Origin: Clostridia bacterium
GTDB taxonomy: Bacteria > Bacillota > Clostridia > Christensenellales > RUG350
Reading direction: 5' to 3'
Assembly: GCA_017631635.1 (NCBI GenBank)
Contig: JAGBSX010000004.1
Span: 1,692 to 65,691 of the forward strand
DNA length: 64,000 bases
Each line of letters begins with the position of its first letter. Within the stretch, counting starts at the first letter, position 1. Under the pieces are notes generated by a model. The model was given only the letters and a program-made list of their open reading frames with translations. It had not been told where the DNA came from and made no database searches. A program made the position numbers and the translations under genes. Of the stretch, positions 9,273-21,254 are shown piece by piece.

Positions 9273-12200
9273 TTACCTAAAATACTTGACTGCCGACTCA
9301 AACATCTTGATATCAAATTCGCCAAGTACGTTTTTGTATAGATAACTACCTATACGCTCGCTGTGTCCCATCTTGCCAAATACTCTGCCGTCTGGAGAGG
9401 TGATACCCTCTATAGCGTAGGTAGAGTCGTTAGGATTGTATCTAACGTCATCAGTAGCGTATCCGTCTAGGTCTACGTATTGGGTAGCGATTTGACCATT
9501 GAGCGCTAGTCTCTTGACTGTCTCTTCGTCTGCCAAGAATCTACCCTCTCCGTGAGAAATAGGTACTGTATACACGTCACCTACTTGAGTACCTCTGAGC
9601 CATGGAGACTTGTTGGAGGCGACTCTCACTCTGACTAGTTTGGACTGGTGGCGAGAGATAGTATTGAAGGTAAGGGTTGGATTTAGAGCATCTGCATCTA
9701 CTATACGGCCGTATGGTACTAATCCCAACTTGACTAATGCTTGGAATCCATTGCATATACCACACATGAGTCCATCACGATTGTCTAGTAGGTCGTGAAC
9801 TCCCTCTTTGATAGCCTGATTTCTAAAGAAAGCCATGATAAACTTGCCACTACCATCAGGCTCGTCTCCACCACTAAATCCTCCTGGTACGAATATCATC
9901 TGCGCATCTTTGAGTTCGCTCGCGAACTCATCTACGCTACTAGATATCATATCACTATTTAGATTGCGAATAACTATGGTCTTGACATCTGCACCAGCGT
10001 CCCTCATTACTTTGGCACTATCAAACTCGCAGTTAGTACCTGGGAAGACAGGTATGAGTACCTTTGGCTTGGCTACCTTGATAGCAGGGGATGCTACGGA
10101 ACTCGCATTGTAAGTGAAAGTCTCTAGTCTAGTAGCAGGTCTATTCTCTAGTACGGTAAATACGCTATCTAGTCTGCCTTCGTATAGGGCTAGTAGTCTA
10201 GCAGTAGCCACACTCTCTCCTCTATACACTATGCTATCTCCATCGGTGACTTTACCTATAGTATCGCCTACCTCTAGGTCGGTAGTCTCTATGATAAATG
10301 CTCCGTAGTTGTAGCCAAATATGGTATCCATAGATACGCTATCTGCGTACTCAAATCCATAGCCATTACCTATAGCCATCTTGAGAATACCCTCTGCTAC
10401 GCCACCATAAGTAGGTGTCCAGCAGGATAGTATCTCTCCTCTACGCATCATAGAGGTGATGAGTGAATAATTGGCTATCAAACTCTCTGCAGTAGGTAGT
10501 CCGTCTCCACCTAGAGTAGGTCTGATGAGCGCTACTCTGCTACTTGCTCTCTTGAATTCGCCTGATATTACCTCGCTAGCGTCTCCTGTGGTGACTGCGA
10601 AAGACACCAAAGTAGGTGGTACGTCAAGATCCTCAAATGATCCACTCATAGAGTCCTTGCCACCGATAGAGCCTACCCCAAAGTCTAGTTGAGCCTTAAA
10701 TGCTCCTAGTAACGCGCTAAGTGGCTTGCCCCAACGCTTGCCGTCCTTCATAGGTTTCTCAAAATACTCTTGGAAAGTGAGGTATACCTCCTCAAAACTA
10801 GCACCCGTAGCGATAAGTTTGCTAATACTCTCCACTACTGCTAGGTATGCTCCGTGATAAGGGGACTTCTCACTAATATATGGATTGTATCCCCATGACA
10901 TATACGATACGGTGTCGGTATGACCTTGCTCTACGGATACTTTGTGTACCATAGATTGGATAGGTGTGAGTTGGTACTTGCCTCCAAATGGCATAAGCAC
11001 CGTACCTGCTCCTATGGTAGAGTCAAATCTCTCACTAAGACCTCTCTTTGAACATACGTTGAGGTCGGAGGCTAGACTCTCCATATTTGACACGAAGTCT
11101 CCTGATACTACTCTATCATAATCCTCTGGCTTGGATAGTACGATATCTACGTGTTTCTCAGCACCGTTGCTATTTAGGAATTCTCTAGAGATATCTACTA
11201 TAGTCTTGCCGTTCCAACGCATACGTAGTCTAGGCTCGCTAGTCACCCTCGCTACTACCGTAGCCTCTAGGTTTTCTTGACTGGCTAGTGCTATGAATTT
11301 GTCTACGTTTTCACTCTCGACGACTACTGCCATACGCTCTTGAGATTCGCTAATGGCTAGTTCTGTACCATCTAGTCCGTCGTACTTCTTGGGTACTCGA
11401 TTGAGGTCGATATCTAGTCCGTCTGCCAACTCTCCGATAGCCACGGAGACTCCTCCTGCACCGAAGTCGTTGCACCTCTTGATCATACGAGTAGCCTCGC
11501 TATTTCTAAACAATCTCTGAAGTTTGCGCTCTTCTGGGGCATTACCCTTTTGGACCTCTGCTCCACAAGTCTCTAGAGATTGGGCAGTATGTTTTTTGCT
11601 AGAACCAGTCGCACCACCACAACCGTCTCTACCTGTACGGCCTCCTAGTAGTATGACTATATCTCCCTCCTCTGGTCTCTCTCTGCGTACGTTTGCCTCT
11701 GGTGCGGCTGCTATGACTGCACCTATCTCCATACGCTTGGCGGCGTATCCATCGTGGTACAATTCATCTACCATACCTGTCGCTAGTCCTATCTGGTTGC
11801 CGTACGAAGAATATCCTGCTGCTGCAGTCTGTACTATCTTTCGTTGAGGTAGTTTGCCCTCGATAGTCTCCTCTATAGGTCTAGTAGGATCGGCTGCTCC
11901 AGTCACACGCATAGCGGCGTAGACGTATGATCTACCTGATAGTGGATCTCTGATAGCACCACCTATACAAGTGGCTGCTCCACCAAATGGCTCTATCTCG
12001 GTAGGGTGATTGTGTGTCTCGTTTTTGAATAGTAGTAGCCATGGCTCTTTGACACCGTCTACCTCGACCTCTATCTTGACTGTACAAGCATTAATCTCTT
12101 CACTCTCATCTAGTTTGTCAAGTTTGCCCTCCTTCTTGAGGTGCTTGACTGCTAGGGTGGCTACGTCCATTAGATTGATAGGCTTGGTCCTGCCTAGGCT

Positions 12201-12959
12201 ACGGCGTGTAGCGATATATCTATCGTACGCCTCGCGCAAGGTCTCGTCCTCAAAAGTCACGTTGTCTATCGTGGTGAGGAAGGTAGTGTGTCTACAATGG
12301 TCAGACCAATAGGTATCTATCATACGTATCTCGGTGATAGTAGGATTGCGACCTTCGCTGACAAAATAATCTCTACAAAATCTAACGTCATCTAGATCCA
12401 TAGCCAAAGAATATTTGCTCAAAAATCCTGCTAGTCCCTCTTCGTCTAGGTCTATAAATCCGTCTAGTGTCTCTACTGTGGTAGGTATATCGTACTCTAC
12501 GCTCAAAGTAGCAGGCAAATCTAGTGACGCCTCTCTAGCCTCGACTGGGTTGATGACGTATTTTTTGATCTTATCCACCTCATCACTAGTGAGGTCTCCT
12601 GCTAGTACGTATACCTTGGCAGTACGGATAAGTGGTCTATCTCCACAAGATATAATCTGTATACATTGGCTAGCACTATCTGCTCTTTGGTCAAATTGAC
12701 CTGGTAGATACTCTACTGCAAATACCACTCCACCCTCACTATCGTAGTCAGGGGTGGCTATATCTAGTTGGGGCTCGCTAAATACCGTGTCTACTGCCTC
12801 GTCAAACAAAGCCTTGTCGATATTCTCTGCATCATATCTATTGAGTATGCGTACACCTGTCAATGATGATATGCCCAACAAATTCTTGAGTTCTGTGTAT
12901 AGTGAGTGTGCCTCGTGCGCTAATTCTTTTTTCTTCTCTACGTATATCCTGTATACCAT
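9273..12959 (-). CDS. purL: phosphoribosylformylglycinamidine synthase (single-chain clostridial PurL)
   Basis: WSDHCRH, NETHNHPT and ESQERM motifs. Glutaminase domain GICNGFQ with GKMGHSE. Confidence 0.95.
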   Translation of the reverse strand: MVYRIYVEKKKELAHEAHSLYTELKNLLGISSLTGVRILNRYDAENIDKALFDEAVDTVFSEPQLDIATPDYDSEGGVVFAVEYLPGQFDQRADSASQCIQIISCGDRPLIRTAKVYVLAGDLTSDEVDKIKKYVINPVEAREASLDLPATLSVEYDIPTTVETLDGFIDLDEEGLAGFLSKYSLAMDLDDVRFCRDYFVSEGRNPTITEIRMIDTYWSDHCRHTTFLTTIDNVTFEDETLREAYDRYIATRRSLGRTKPINLMDVATLAVKHLKKEGKLDKLDESEEINACTVKIEVEVDGVKEPWLLLFKNETHNHPTEIEPFGGAATCIGGAIRDPLSGRSYVYAAMRVTGAADPTRPIEETIEGKLPQRKIVQTAAAGYSSYGNQIGLATGMVDELYHDGYAAKRMEIGAVIAAAPEANVRRERPEEGDIVILLGGRTGRDGCGGATGSSKKHTAQSLETCGAEVQKGNAPEERKLQRLFRNSEATRMIKRCNDFGAGGVSVAIGELADGLDIDLNRVPKKYDGLDGTELAISESQERMAVVVESENVDKFIALASQENLEATVVARVTSEPRLRMRWNGKTIVDISREFLNSNGAEKHVDIVLSKPEDYDRVVSGDFVSNMESLASDLNVCSKRGLSERFDSTIGAGTVLMPFGGKYQLTPIQSMVHKVSVEQGHTDTVSYMSWGYNPYISEKSPYHGAYLAVVESISKLIATGASFEEVYLTFQEYFEKPMKDGKRWGKPLSALLGAFKAQLDFGVGSIGGKDSMSGSFEDLDVPPTLVSFAVTTGDASEVISGEFKRASSRVALIRPTLGGDGLPTAESLIANYSLITSMMRRGEILSCWTPTYGGVAEGILKMAIGNGYGFEYADSVSMDTIFGYNYGAFIIETTDLEVGDTIGKVTDGDSIVYRGESVATARLLALYEGRLDSVFTVLENRPATRLETFTYNASSVASPAIKVAKPKVLIPVFPGTNCEFDSAKVMRDAGADVKTIVIRNLNSDMISSSVDEFASELKDAQMIFVPGGFSGGDEPDGSGKFIMAFFRNQAIKEGVHDLLDNRDGLMCGICNGFQALVKLGLVPYGRIVDADALNPTLTFNTISRHQSKLVRVRVASNKSPWLRGTQVGDVYTVPISHGEGRFLADEETVKRLALNGQIATQYVDLDGYATDDVRYNPNDSTYAIEGITSPDGRVFGKMGHSERIGSYLYKNVLGEFDIKMFESAVKYFR

Positions 12960-14230
12960 TATTTTGCCTCCAAGGCTCTCAATGCCTTTTGTCCTATATC
13001 GTGTCTAAAATAAGCACCCTCAAAGTCAACCTTAGTCACTTTGTCATATGCGCATTTGATAGCGTTCTCGAGTGTGTCGCTGACTGCTGTCACACCTAGT
13101 ACTCTACCTCCACTAGTCACCATATCTCCGTCTACGATAGATGCTCCTGCGACGTATACGCTGTCACTCACACTATCGTCTATAGTGATAACCTTACCCT
13201 TTGGGTAAGATGCTGGATATCCACCACTAGCGACTATCACGCAACAAGCAGATTTGTCACTAAACTTCACCTCTATATCTGCTAGTCTCTCCTCGGTGAC
13301 TGCCATCATAACCTCTAGCAAATCACTCTGCATAAGTGGTAGTACGACTTGTGTCTCTGGATCGCCAAATCTACAGTTGTACTCTATTACCTTAGGTCCA
13401 TTTGGGGTGAGCATAAGTCCGAAGTATAGACAACCCTTGAACTTGCGTCCTTCACTATTCATAGCCTCCATAGTAGGTATGAAGATAGTGTCGTAGCATA
13501 GTCTCGCTATCTCCTCGGTGTAATATGGATTGGGAGCGATAGTACCCATACCACCTGTATTTAGTCCGGTGTCTCCGTCTCCCACTCTCTTGTGATCCAT
13601 ACTAGATATCATAGGTATCAAAGTAGTACCGTCTGTAAATGCAAGCACAGACACCTCTGGTCCTGTCAAAAATTCTTCGATAACTACACTATCTCCACTA
13701 GCACCAAAGACCTTGCCTAGCATCATGCTATCTACTGCCTCTATAGCCTCCTCTAGCGTGAGGGCTATGATGACACCTTTGCCTAGTGCTAGTCCATCTG
13801 CTTTGACCACGATAGGCATATCTTGGCTCTTGAGATACTCGACTGCCTCGTCTCTATCGGTAAATACCTCGTATTTGGCAGTAGGGATAGCGTACTTCTT
13901 CATTAGATTTTTCGAAAAAGCTTTGCTACCCTCGATAATAGCAGCCTTTTTGTCTGGTCCAAAGCAAGGTATACCTACCTCGTTGAGCCTGTCTACGCAT
14001 CCTAGTACCAACGGATCGTCTGGCGCTACGATAGCATAATCGATAGAGTGCTTGATAGCAAAATCTACGATAGCGTCCAAATCTTTGGCAGAGATATCTA
14101 CGCACTCGGCATCCTTGGCGATACCACCGTTGCCTGGGAGTGCGTAAATCTTGTCTACGTTGTTATTCTTCTTGACGGATTTGATGATGGCGTGCTCTCT
14201 GCCACCTCCGCCTACTACTAATATATTCAT
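12959..14230 (-). CDS. purD: phosphoribosylamine-glycine ligase
   Basis: GGGGREHA, KADGLALGKGV, NTGGMG and EYNCRFGDPE motifs. Confidence 0.96.
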   Translation of the reverse strand: MNILVVGGGGREHAIIKSVKKNNNVDKIYALPGNGGIAKDAECVDISAKDLDAIVDFAIKHSIDYAIVAPDDPLVLGCVDRLNEVGIPCFGPDKKAAIIEGSKAFSKNLMKKYAIPTAKYEVFTDRDEAVEYLKSQDMPIVVKADGLALGKGVIIALTLEEAIEAVDSMMLGKVFGASGDSVVIEEFLTGPEVSVLAFTDGTTLIPMISSMDHKRVGDGDTGLNTGGMGTIAPNPYYTEEIARLCYDTIFIPTMEAMNSEGRKFKGCLYFGLMLTPNGPKVIEYNCRFGDPETQVVLPLMQSDLLEVMMAVTEERLADIEVKFSDKSACCVIVASGGYPASYPKGKVITIDDSVSDSVYVAGASIVDGDMVTSGGRVLGVTAVSDTLENAIKCAYDKVTKVDFEGAYFRHDIGQKALRALEAK

Positions 14231-14243
14231 CAATACTCCTCTA

Positions 14244-15482
14244 TTAGTCCTCGTACAAAGGGAACTTCTCGCAAAGTGCCATTACTTCTGCCTTTACTCT
14301 ATCCTTGTTGCCCTCAAAATCTTCGGCTATATCCTTCATCCAAACGGCTATCTTCTTCATCTGATCTTCCTTAAATCCTCTAGAGGTGACGGCAGGTGTA
14401 CCTACTCTGATACCACTAGTGACAAATGCGGACTCTGGATCATTTGGGATAGTATTCTTGTTGACGGTGATATTTACCTCGTCTAGGCGATATTCCATCT
14501 CCTTGCCTGTGATACCATAAGGGCGCAAATCTACTAGCATTAGGTGATTGTCGGTGTCTCCTGATACTACTCTAAATCCTTGCTCCTTTAGACTCTCGCA
14601 TAGCACCTTGGCATTTTTGACTATCTGGGTTTGATAAGCCTTAAACTCATCTGTCATAGCCTCTCCTAGGGCTACTGCCTTGGCTGCGATAATGTGCATA
14701 AGTGGTCCACCTTGAGTACCAGGGAATACTGCCTTGTCTATCTGCTTGGCATATTGCTCCTTGCAGAGGATAAGTCCTCCTCTAGGTCCTCTCAAAGTCT
14801 TGTGAGTGGTGGTAGTCACTACGTCAGCATATGGTACTGGGCTAGGATGTAGTCCTGCGGCTACTAGTCCTGCGATATGAGCCATATCTACCATATATAT
14901 AGCACCCACCTCGTCGCATATCTCACGAATCTTCTTGAAATCTATAGTACGTGCGTATGCACTAGCACCTGCTATGATCATCTTGGGTTGACACTCGATA
15001 GCGATACGACGCATCTCTTCGTAATCTAGCATCTCTGTATCTGGAGATACGTTGTATGGTACGATATTGAAATATTTGCCTGATATATTGACAGGGCTAC
15101 CGTGTGAGAGGTGTCCACCGTTGGCTAGATTTAGTCCCATTACGGTATCGCCTGGCTTAACAAATGCGAAAAATGCAGCCAAGTTAGCACTAGCGCCACA
15201 ATGTGGTTGAACGTTGGCGTGCTCTGCACCAAACAACTTCTTGGCTCTGTCTCTAGCGATATCCTCTACGATATCTACGTATTGGCAACCACCATAGTAT
15301 CTCTTGCCAGGGAATCCCTCTGCGTACTTGTTGGTGAGTACTGTGCCTGCGGCTAGTAGTACTGCCTTGCTAACTACGTTTTCACTAGCGATAAGTTCGA
15401 TATTGTGTCTCTGGCGTTGGAGTTCTAGGTCGCAAGCCTCGTATACCTCTCTATCGTAATTCTTAAGTTCTTCAAAAAACAT
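14244..15482 (-). CDS. glyA: serine hydroxymethyltransferase
   Basis: LIASEN, NKYAEG and the PLP motif [13 protein letters not shown]. Confidence 0.97.
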   Translation of the reverse strand: MFFEELKNYDREVYEACDLELQRQRHNIELIASENVVSKAVLLAAGTVLTNKYAEGFPGKRYYGGCQYVDIVEDIARDRAKKLFGAEHANVQPHCGASANLAAFFAFVKPGDTVMGLNLANGGHLSHGSPVNISGKYFNIVPYNVSPDTEMLDYEEMRRIAIECQPKMIIAGASAYARTIDFKKIREICDEVGAIYMVDMAHIAGLVAAGLHPSPVPYADVVTTTTHKTLRGPRGGLILCKEQYAKQIDKAVFPGTQGGPLMHIIAAKAVALGEAMTDEFKAYQTQIVKNAKVLCESLKEQGFRVVSGDTDNHLMLVDLRPYGITGKEMEYRLDEVNITVNKNTIPNDPESAFVTSGIRVGTPAVTSRGFKEDQMKKIAVWMKDIAEDFEGNKDRVKAEVMALCEKFPLYED

Positions 15483-15498
15483 ATCTACTATATCCTCC

Positions 15499-16677
15499 TT
15501 AATGATGGAACAATCTCTGTCCTGTAAATGCCATGGCTATACCACGGTCGTTGCACTCTTGTATCACTATATCGTCTCTGATAGAACCACCTGGCTCTGC
15601 GATATAATCTACGCCACTCATATATGCTCTCACGACGTTGTCGCTAAAGGGGAAGAAAGCGTCGCTACCTAGTGATACACCTCTCTTGGTGGCTAGATAC
15701 GCTCTCTGCTCCTCTACTGTAAACGGCTCTGGGCGTGTGGTGAAATATCTCTGCCATACTCCGTCTGCACATATATCCTCTTCGTTCTTGTTGACGTAGG
15801 CGTCTACGGCATTGTCTCTATCTGGTCTAGAGATATCATCTCTAAATGGTAGGTTGATAACCTTGTCGTGTTGACGTAAGAACCAAGTATTTGCCTTGTC
15901 TCCTGCTAGGCGAGTACAATGTATACGGGATTGTTGTCCTGCGCCTACTCCGATAGCCTGTCCGTCTACTGCGTAGCATACCGAATTGGATTGGGTATAC
16001 TTGAGGGTGATGAGGGCGACTATGAGGTCTCTCTTTGCCTCATCAGGGAGTTGAGCCACGGTGACCACGTTGTTTAGACAAGCCTCGTCTATCACGCAAT
16101 TGTTGCGAAGTTGCTCAAAGGTGATGCCGAATACTTGCTTGCTCTCCATCTCCATAGGTACGTAGTCTGGGTCTATCTTGACTATATTGTAATTACCTTT
16201 TCTCTTGCTCTTTAGCAATTCTAGCGCCTCGTCGGTGTAGCCTGGGGCTATCACTCCGTCGGACACTTCTCTATATATAAGTTGCGCTGTGGTGAGATCG
16301 CACACGTCTGATAGAGACACCCAGTCTCCAAACGAGCACATACGATCAGTACCTCTAGCCCTAGCGTATGCGCACGCTAGTAGAGAATCGTCTAGTCCCT
16401 CTATATCGTCTACAAAACAAGCCTTCTTGAGGGTGTCGGATAGCACTACTCCTACTGCTGCAGAGGTAGGGCTGACGTGCTTGAAAGAGGTGGCTGCTGG
16501 TAGAGAGGTGGCCATCTTGAGTTCTTTGACTAATTGCCAACCGTTGAGTGCGTCCAAAAAGTTGATATAACCTGGTCTACCATTGAGTATCTCGATAGGT
16601 AATTCTCCACCTTCGATATACAATCTGGCTGGGTTTTGGTTGGGATTACAACCATATTTGAGTATGTATTCTTGCAT
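15499..16677 (-). CDS. purH: AICAR transformylase, short form lacking the IMP-cyclohydrolase domain
   Basis: [26 protein letters not shown] and SDAFFPF motifs. No N-terminal MGS/IMPCH domain. Confidence 0.9.
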   Translation of the reverse strand: MQEYILKYGCNPNQNPARLYIEGGELPIEILNGRPGYINFLDALNGWQLVKELKMATSLPAATSFKHVSPTSAAVGVVLSDTLKKACFVDDIEGLDDSLLACAYARARGTDRMCSFGDWVSLSDVCDLTTAQLIYREVSDGVIAPGYTDEALELLKSKRKGNYNIVKIDPDYVPMEMESKQVFGITFEQLRNNCVIDEACLNNVVTVAQLPDEAKRDLIVALITLKYTQSNSVCYAVDGQAIGVGAGQQSRIHCTRLAGDKANTWFLRQHDKVINLPFRDDISRPDRDNAVDAYVNKNEEDICADGVWQRYFTTRPEPFTVEEQRAYLATKRGVSLGSDAFFPFSDNVVRAYMSGVDYIAEPGGSIRDDIVIQECNDRGIAMAFTGQRLFHH

Positions 16678-16692
16678 AATATTCTCCTAGCG

Positions 16693-17415
16693 TTATTTTA
16701 GGTGTTTGTTGATAAGTCTGTCTACGTATTCGCCACTCTCTAGCGAGGTGTATCTCACGTATAGAGATATGCGATTGTCTTTGTCCAAATTGTCCCAAAT
16801 AGAGGTAGTGAATAGGTCTATATCGTCTGGTATAGATACTCTCTCTGGCTCTCCTTGGAAGGTAGGTAGTGGATTGCCATCAGTCACGTAGGTGTGGATA
16901 AAATGTCCTACTCCTGCTAGTGATGGATAGTCGTAGGTGTATCTACTGCAAGCACTACCCTCTCTATCTGCGCTCTTGAGTATGCTCATAGCATACTCAA
17001 AGTCTCCCTCCCCGTACTCTAGTATACCACTAATGCGTGGAGTGAGGTTGGGAGCGTCTGGCTCAAAGCAACGGCTCTTGAGACTCTCTCTCATATCCTT
17101 GCCCAACTTGAGTCCATCTACTATGGTGTCAGTCTGGTCGCCATTGGTGACTACTACCTTGTCTGTATATACTCTAATAGGTGAATATATGATGAGGCTA
17201 GGATCTTCGACTAGACTCTCGTCATATGGATATATGGTCACGTCGTCTCCCTCTTTGACAAAGACACGATTGCGGGAGTTGTTGCTACGTCCCATTATGA
17301 AATATGCTATTACACTATTGTCGCCATCGGCACTCTTGCCTATCACGATACCTCTGCCTGCATACGAATTGCCTGCTAGGATATCTGCTATATTATCCAA
17401 CTTGTATACGTCCAT
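16693..17415 (-). CDS. purO: IMP cyclohydrolase, PurO-like (Ntn fold)
   Basis: YAGRGIVIG, YFIMGRSNNSRNR, NGDQTD and FEPDAPNLTPRISG motifs. Adjacent to short purH. Start MDVYK overlaps the purN stop. Confidence 0.8.
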   Translation of the reverse strand: MDVYKLDNIADILAGNSYAGRGIVIGKSADGDNSVIAYFIMGRSNNSRNRVFVKEGDDVTIYPYDESLVEDPSLIIYSPIRVYTDKVVVTNGDQTDTIVDGLKLGKDMRESLKSRCFEPDAPNLTPRISGILEYGEGDFEYAMSILKSADREGSACSRYTYDYPSLAGVGHFIHTYVTDGNPLPTFQGEPERVSIPDDIDLFTTSIWDNLDKDNRISLYVRYTSLESGEYVDRLINKHLK

Positions 17416-18017
17416 TATTTTCTCCATTTGCTTGATACTAATTCTACGGCTAATGGCAATATCTGCCACTCTGCCTCTTGCATAACTCTTCTTTGCAATA
17501 CCTCGGGGGTATCTCCATCTTGTATATAGACGGCCTTTTGCATGATAATCTCTCCACCGTCTGCTATCTCGTTGACGTAATGCACGGTAGCACCAGTCAC
17601 CTTAACTCCGTATTTGAGCGCCTCCTCGTGTACTCTCAATCCATAATATCCCTCTCCACAAAAAGATGGTATTAGTGATGGATGTACGTTGAGTATCCTC
17701 TTGTCGTATCGGCGAGTAAAGTCCCCTGAGAGTATAGTCATAAATCCTGCTAGTACTATCACGTCTATAGCATAATCGTCTAGCACCTCGATAAGTGCCG
17801 ACTCAAAAGCCTCTTGAGTGCCTAGAGCCTTCTTATCTACGACCACAGCGTCTATACCTGCCTCGCGCGCTCTAGTGAGTGCGTACGCCTTGTCGTTGGT
17901 AGCCACTACTAGTACTATCTCTCCACTAGTGATGATACCTGACTTCTCGGCGTCTATGAGGGCTTGGAGATTGGTGCCTCCTCCTGATACGAATACTGCT
18001 ATCTTAGTCTTATTCAT
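17415..18017 (-). CDS. purN: phosphoribosylglycinamide formyltransferase
   Basis: [17 protein letters not shown] and GATVHYV motifs. Confidence 0.95.
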   Translation of the reverse strand: MNKTKIAVFVSGGGTNLQALIDAEKSGIITSGEIVLVVATNDKAYALTRAREAGIDAVVVDKKALGTQEAFESALIEVLDDYAIDVIVLAGFMTILSGDFTRRYDKRILNVHPSLIPSFCGEGYYGLRVHEEALKYGVKVTGATVHYVNEIADGGEIIMQKAVYIQDGDTPEVLQRRVMQEAEWQILPLAVELVSSKWRK

Positions 18018-19056
18018 ATATAATCTCTACCTTGGTATCAGTCTCTATCATACTACCTAGTACGTATGCGTCTTCGCCTTGAGATTTGAGTATCTCTAGG
18101 GCTACGTCTACGTCCTCTTTGGCTACTATGATAGACATACCTACACCCATATTGAAGGTATTGAACATATCTCTCTCATCTATGCCACCCTTCTCCATGA
18201 GTAGTTCGAATATAGGTAGTACTCTCACGTCTTTGCGATTGATGACTATGCCTAGTCCATCCTTGATAGAACGTGGCATATTCTCATAAAATCCTCCACC
18301 TGTGATGTGAGATATTCCCTTGATATCAACCTTGCCGTATAGAGCTGATACAGCCTTGACGTATATCTTGGTAGGAGTGAGCAAAGTCTCTCCTAGGCTC
18401 TTGCCACCTAGTCTCTCCACAGGGGTATGCAAATCGGTATTCTCTACGTCAAACACCTTGCGCACTAGTGAAAAACCATTTGAGTGAACGCCTGATGATG
18501 GTAGGGCTATCATCACGTCTCCTGCCACCATACGATTCTTGTCAATGACGTCCTTCTTGTCTACGATACCTACGGCAAATCCTGCTAGGTCGTATTCGTC
18601 CACAGGGTAAAATCCCGGCATCTCGGCAGTCTCTCCACCGATAAGTTCTGCTCCAGATTGGACACAACCGTCTGCTACGCCTGATACTATGCGTTCGATA
18701 CGCTCGGGGATATTCTTGCCACAGGCGATATAATCCAAGAAAAATAGTGGTTTAGCACCGACACAGAGCACGTCGTTGACACACATAGCCACACAGTCTA
18801 CTCCGACCGTATCGTGCTTGTCCATCAAAAACGCCATCTTTAGTTTTGTACCGACGCCGTCTGTACCTGATACCAAGATAGGATTGGTATATCCTGTGAG
18901 ATCTAGGGCAAATAGTCCTCCAAATCCTCCTATATCCTCACTACTATTACCTAGCATAGTGCGTGCTACGTGTTTCTTGATAAGTTCTACTGCCTTGTAT
19001 CCAGCGGTAATATCTACGCCTGCTGCTGCATAACTATCTGATCTTGATTGATTCAT
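18010..19056 (-). CDS. purM: phosphoribosylformylglycinamidine cyclo-ligase
   Basis: [25 protein letters not shown] and FNMGVGM motifs. Confidence 0.96.
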   Translation of the reverse strand: MNQSRSDSYAAAGVDITAGYKAVELIKKHVARTMLGNSSEDIGGFGGLFALDLTGYTNPILVSGTDGVGTKLKMAFLMDKHDTVGVDCVAMCVNDVLCVGAKPLFFLDYIACGKNIPERIERIVSGVADGCVQSGAELIGGETAEMPGFYPVDEYDLAGFAVGIVDKKDVIDKNRMVAGDVMIALPSSGVHSNGFSLVRKVFDVENTDLHTPVERLGGKSLGETLLTPTKIYVKAVSALYGKVDIKGISHITGGGFYENMPRSIKDGLGIVINRKDVRVLPIFELLMEKGGIDERDMFNTFNMGVGMSIIVAKEDVDVALEILKSQGEDAYVLGSMIETDTKVEIIYE

Positions 19057-19072
19057 AATTGTCTCCTAATAA

Positions 19073-20500
19073 TTATTCTCTGCCGTTCCAGCAATAAGTG
19101 CATAGTTTGCACTCTTCTATTCCTATAGACTCTACCAAACCTTGCAAAGTTTGGAATTCTAACGAGTCAAATCCTAGTTTGTCACACATAGTTTGTCTGA
19201 GTCTCTTGCCTCTATCCGTGTTAGAATCACGATATTCGTCTATATATTGCAAGCCGTCCTCTCCCTCTAGTTCGATTATCACTCTGCGAGTAATTAAATC
19301 GACGTCGGAGGTATTTCGTGAGAAGTTGAGATACTTGCACGCATACATGATAGGTGGACAAGCCGACCTCATGTGTACAGCCTTGGCTTTGTTTTCGTAC
19401 AAAAATTCTGCCGTTTCCTTTAGTTGAGTACCTCTGACTATACTATCGTCTACCATCATCAGGCTCTTGCCCTCGATAAGGTCGTAGATAGGTATCTGTT
19501 TCATCTTGGCTACACGTGAGCGATCGCTCTGTGTATTTGGCATAAAACTGCGTTGCCAAGTAGGAGAATACTTGATGTATGGTCTAGCGAAAGACACTCC
19601 GGATTCGTTGGCATAGCCTATGGCGTGTGGCGTACCACTATCTGGTACTCCTCCTACGTAGTCTATCTTAGGTAAAGTGCCGTTTAGTTTCTCGTCACGT
19701 GCCATGATTTGACCATTTCGACATCTCATCATCTCTACGTTGACACCCTCGTAGGTGGAGGTAGGATATCCGTAATAACTCCACAAGAAGGAACATATGC
19801 GCATCTTTTCGTGAGGGGCTGATAGCTCTACATAACCGTCTACACTCAACTCTCCAATCTCGCCAGGTCCTAACTCTTTGATATCCTCGTAGCCTAGTTT
19901 GTGATACGAAAAACTCTCTAGGGCTACTGCGTATCCATCTTCGCATTTGCCCACTAGTACGGGTAGTCTACCCACCTTGTCTCTAGCGACTATGATATGG
20001 CCGTCAGATTTGAGTATGAGGATAGATGCAGTACCCTCTATCACCTCTGAGGCGAAGAGTATACCCTCTACGAAACTATCCTTTTGGTTAATCATAGCGG
20101 CTACGAGTTCGGTGGTATTGACAGCACCTCTATCTATCGTGGCGAAGTGGTGACCTCCTCCTGAGGATAGATATTTGTTGATAAGGTCCTCTTTGTTGTT
20201 GATCACACCTATCACGCATAGTGCGTAAGTGCCTAGATTTGACCTAATGATGAGAGGTTGAGGCTCGCTATCATTGATACAACCTATACCAGAAGTACCC
20301 TTGAAGTCCTCAAATATCTTCTCAAACTTCGTCCTAAAAGGAGTCTTTTTGATACGGTGTATCTCCCTTTGCAATCCCGACTCCTCGTCGTATATCGCTA
20401 TACCACCAGTATTCGTACCTAGGTGAGAGTGGTAATCCGTACCAAAATACAAATCTTCTAGACAATCTCTCTTGGATACTACTCCAAAAAATCCACCCAT
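19073..20500 (-). CDS. purF: amidophosphoribosyltransferase-like protein lacking the N-terminal catalytic Cys
   Basis: PRPP motif VDDSIVRGT, plus VPDSG, SACPP and CTYCW. Begins MGGFFG instead of MCG. Confidence 0.88.
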   Translation of the reverse strand: MGGFFGVVSKRDCLEDLYFGTDYHSHLGTNTGGIAIYDEESGLQREIHRIKKTPFRTKFEKIFEDFKGTSGIGCINDSEPQPLIIRSNLGTYALCVIGVINNKEDLINKYLSSGGGHHFATIDRGAVNTTELVAAMINQKDSFVEGILFASEVIEGTASILILKSDGHIIVARDKVGRLPVLVGKCEDGYAVALESFSYHKLGYEDIKELGPGEIGELSVDGYVELSAPHEKMRICSFLWSYYGYPTSTYEGVNVEMMRCRNGQIMARDEKLNGTLPKIDYVGGVPDSGTPHAIGYANESGVSFARPYIKYSPTWQRSFMPNTQSDRSRVAKMKQIPIYDLIEGKSLMMVDDSIVRGTQLKETAEFLYENKAKAVHMRSACPPIMYACKYLNFSRNTSDVDLITRRVIIELEGEDGLQYIDEYRDSNTDRGKRLRQTMCDKLGFDSLEFQTLQGLVESIGIEECKLCTYCWNGRE

Positions 20501-20510
20501 ATATATCTCC

Positions 20511-21194
20511 TTATTTAGCGAAGAAAAGTTTGGACAAAGTCATAGGATCTATATACTCTCCGTCCTTGTATACTCTCATATTGCCAGATGCTATCTCGTC
20601 TATGAGCATAACGCTACCGTCTGGAGCATAGCCAAACTCAAACTTGATGTCGTATAGTACCAAGCCCTTGTCTAGCAAATCGTCTGCTACGACTTTGGTA
20701 ATCTTGCGAGTCATCTCAGCGATATCGTCGTATTGCTTGTCAGTCATAACGCCTAGCACTACTAGTCCCTCTTTGGTGACTAGTGGATCGCCCTTGGCGT
20801 CGTTCTTGAAGGTCATCTCTACGTATGCTGGTAGGTCTGCTCCCTCCTCGATATAATCTCCATATCTACGGATAAAACTACCTACTGCCTTGTGACGACA
20901 TATAACCTCTAGTCCTTGACCAAATACTTTGGCTGGAAGTACCTCCATAGTGGTATCATCTAGATTTGCCTTGACGTAATGAGTCTTGATACCCTCTACG
21001 TCCAACTTTTCAAAAAAGTACTTGCTCATACGTAGGTTGACGTCGCCTACACCATCTATGGTGAGTCCTACGCTATTCTCGCCTGGATCAAATACTCCGT
21101 CCTTGCCGGTGCAATCGTCCTTGAACTTGAGCAATACGTTGCCGTTTGGCAATTCAAATACGTCCTTGGTCTTACCTGTGTAAATCTTCTTCAT
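20511..21194 (-). CDS. purC: SAICAR synthetase
   Basis: [15 protein letters not shown] and LIDEI motifs. Confidence 0.93.
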   Translation of the reverse strand: MKKIYTGKTKDVFELPNGNVLLKFKDDCTGKDGVFDPGENSVGLTIDGVGDVNLRMSKYFFEKLDVEGIKTHYVKANLDDTTMEVLPAKVFGQGLEVICRHKAVGSFIRRYGDYIEEGADLPAYVEMTFKNDAKGDPLVTKEGLVVLGVMTDKQYDDIAEMTRKITKVVADDLLDKGLVLYDIKFEFGYAPDGSVMLIDEIASGNMRVYKDGEYIDPMTLSKLFFAK

Positions 21195-21254
21195 AGTAGT
21201 TTCTCCTAAAAAATATTTTTATTAAATTTTGCTGGTCGCCCAGTCGTTAACTCA

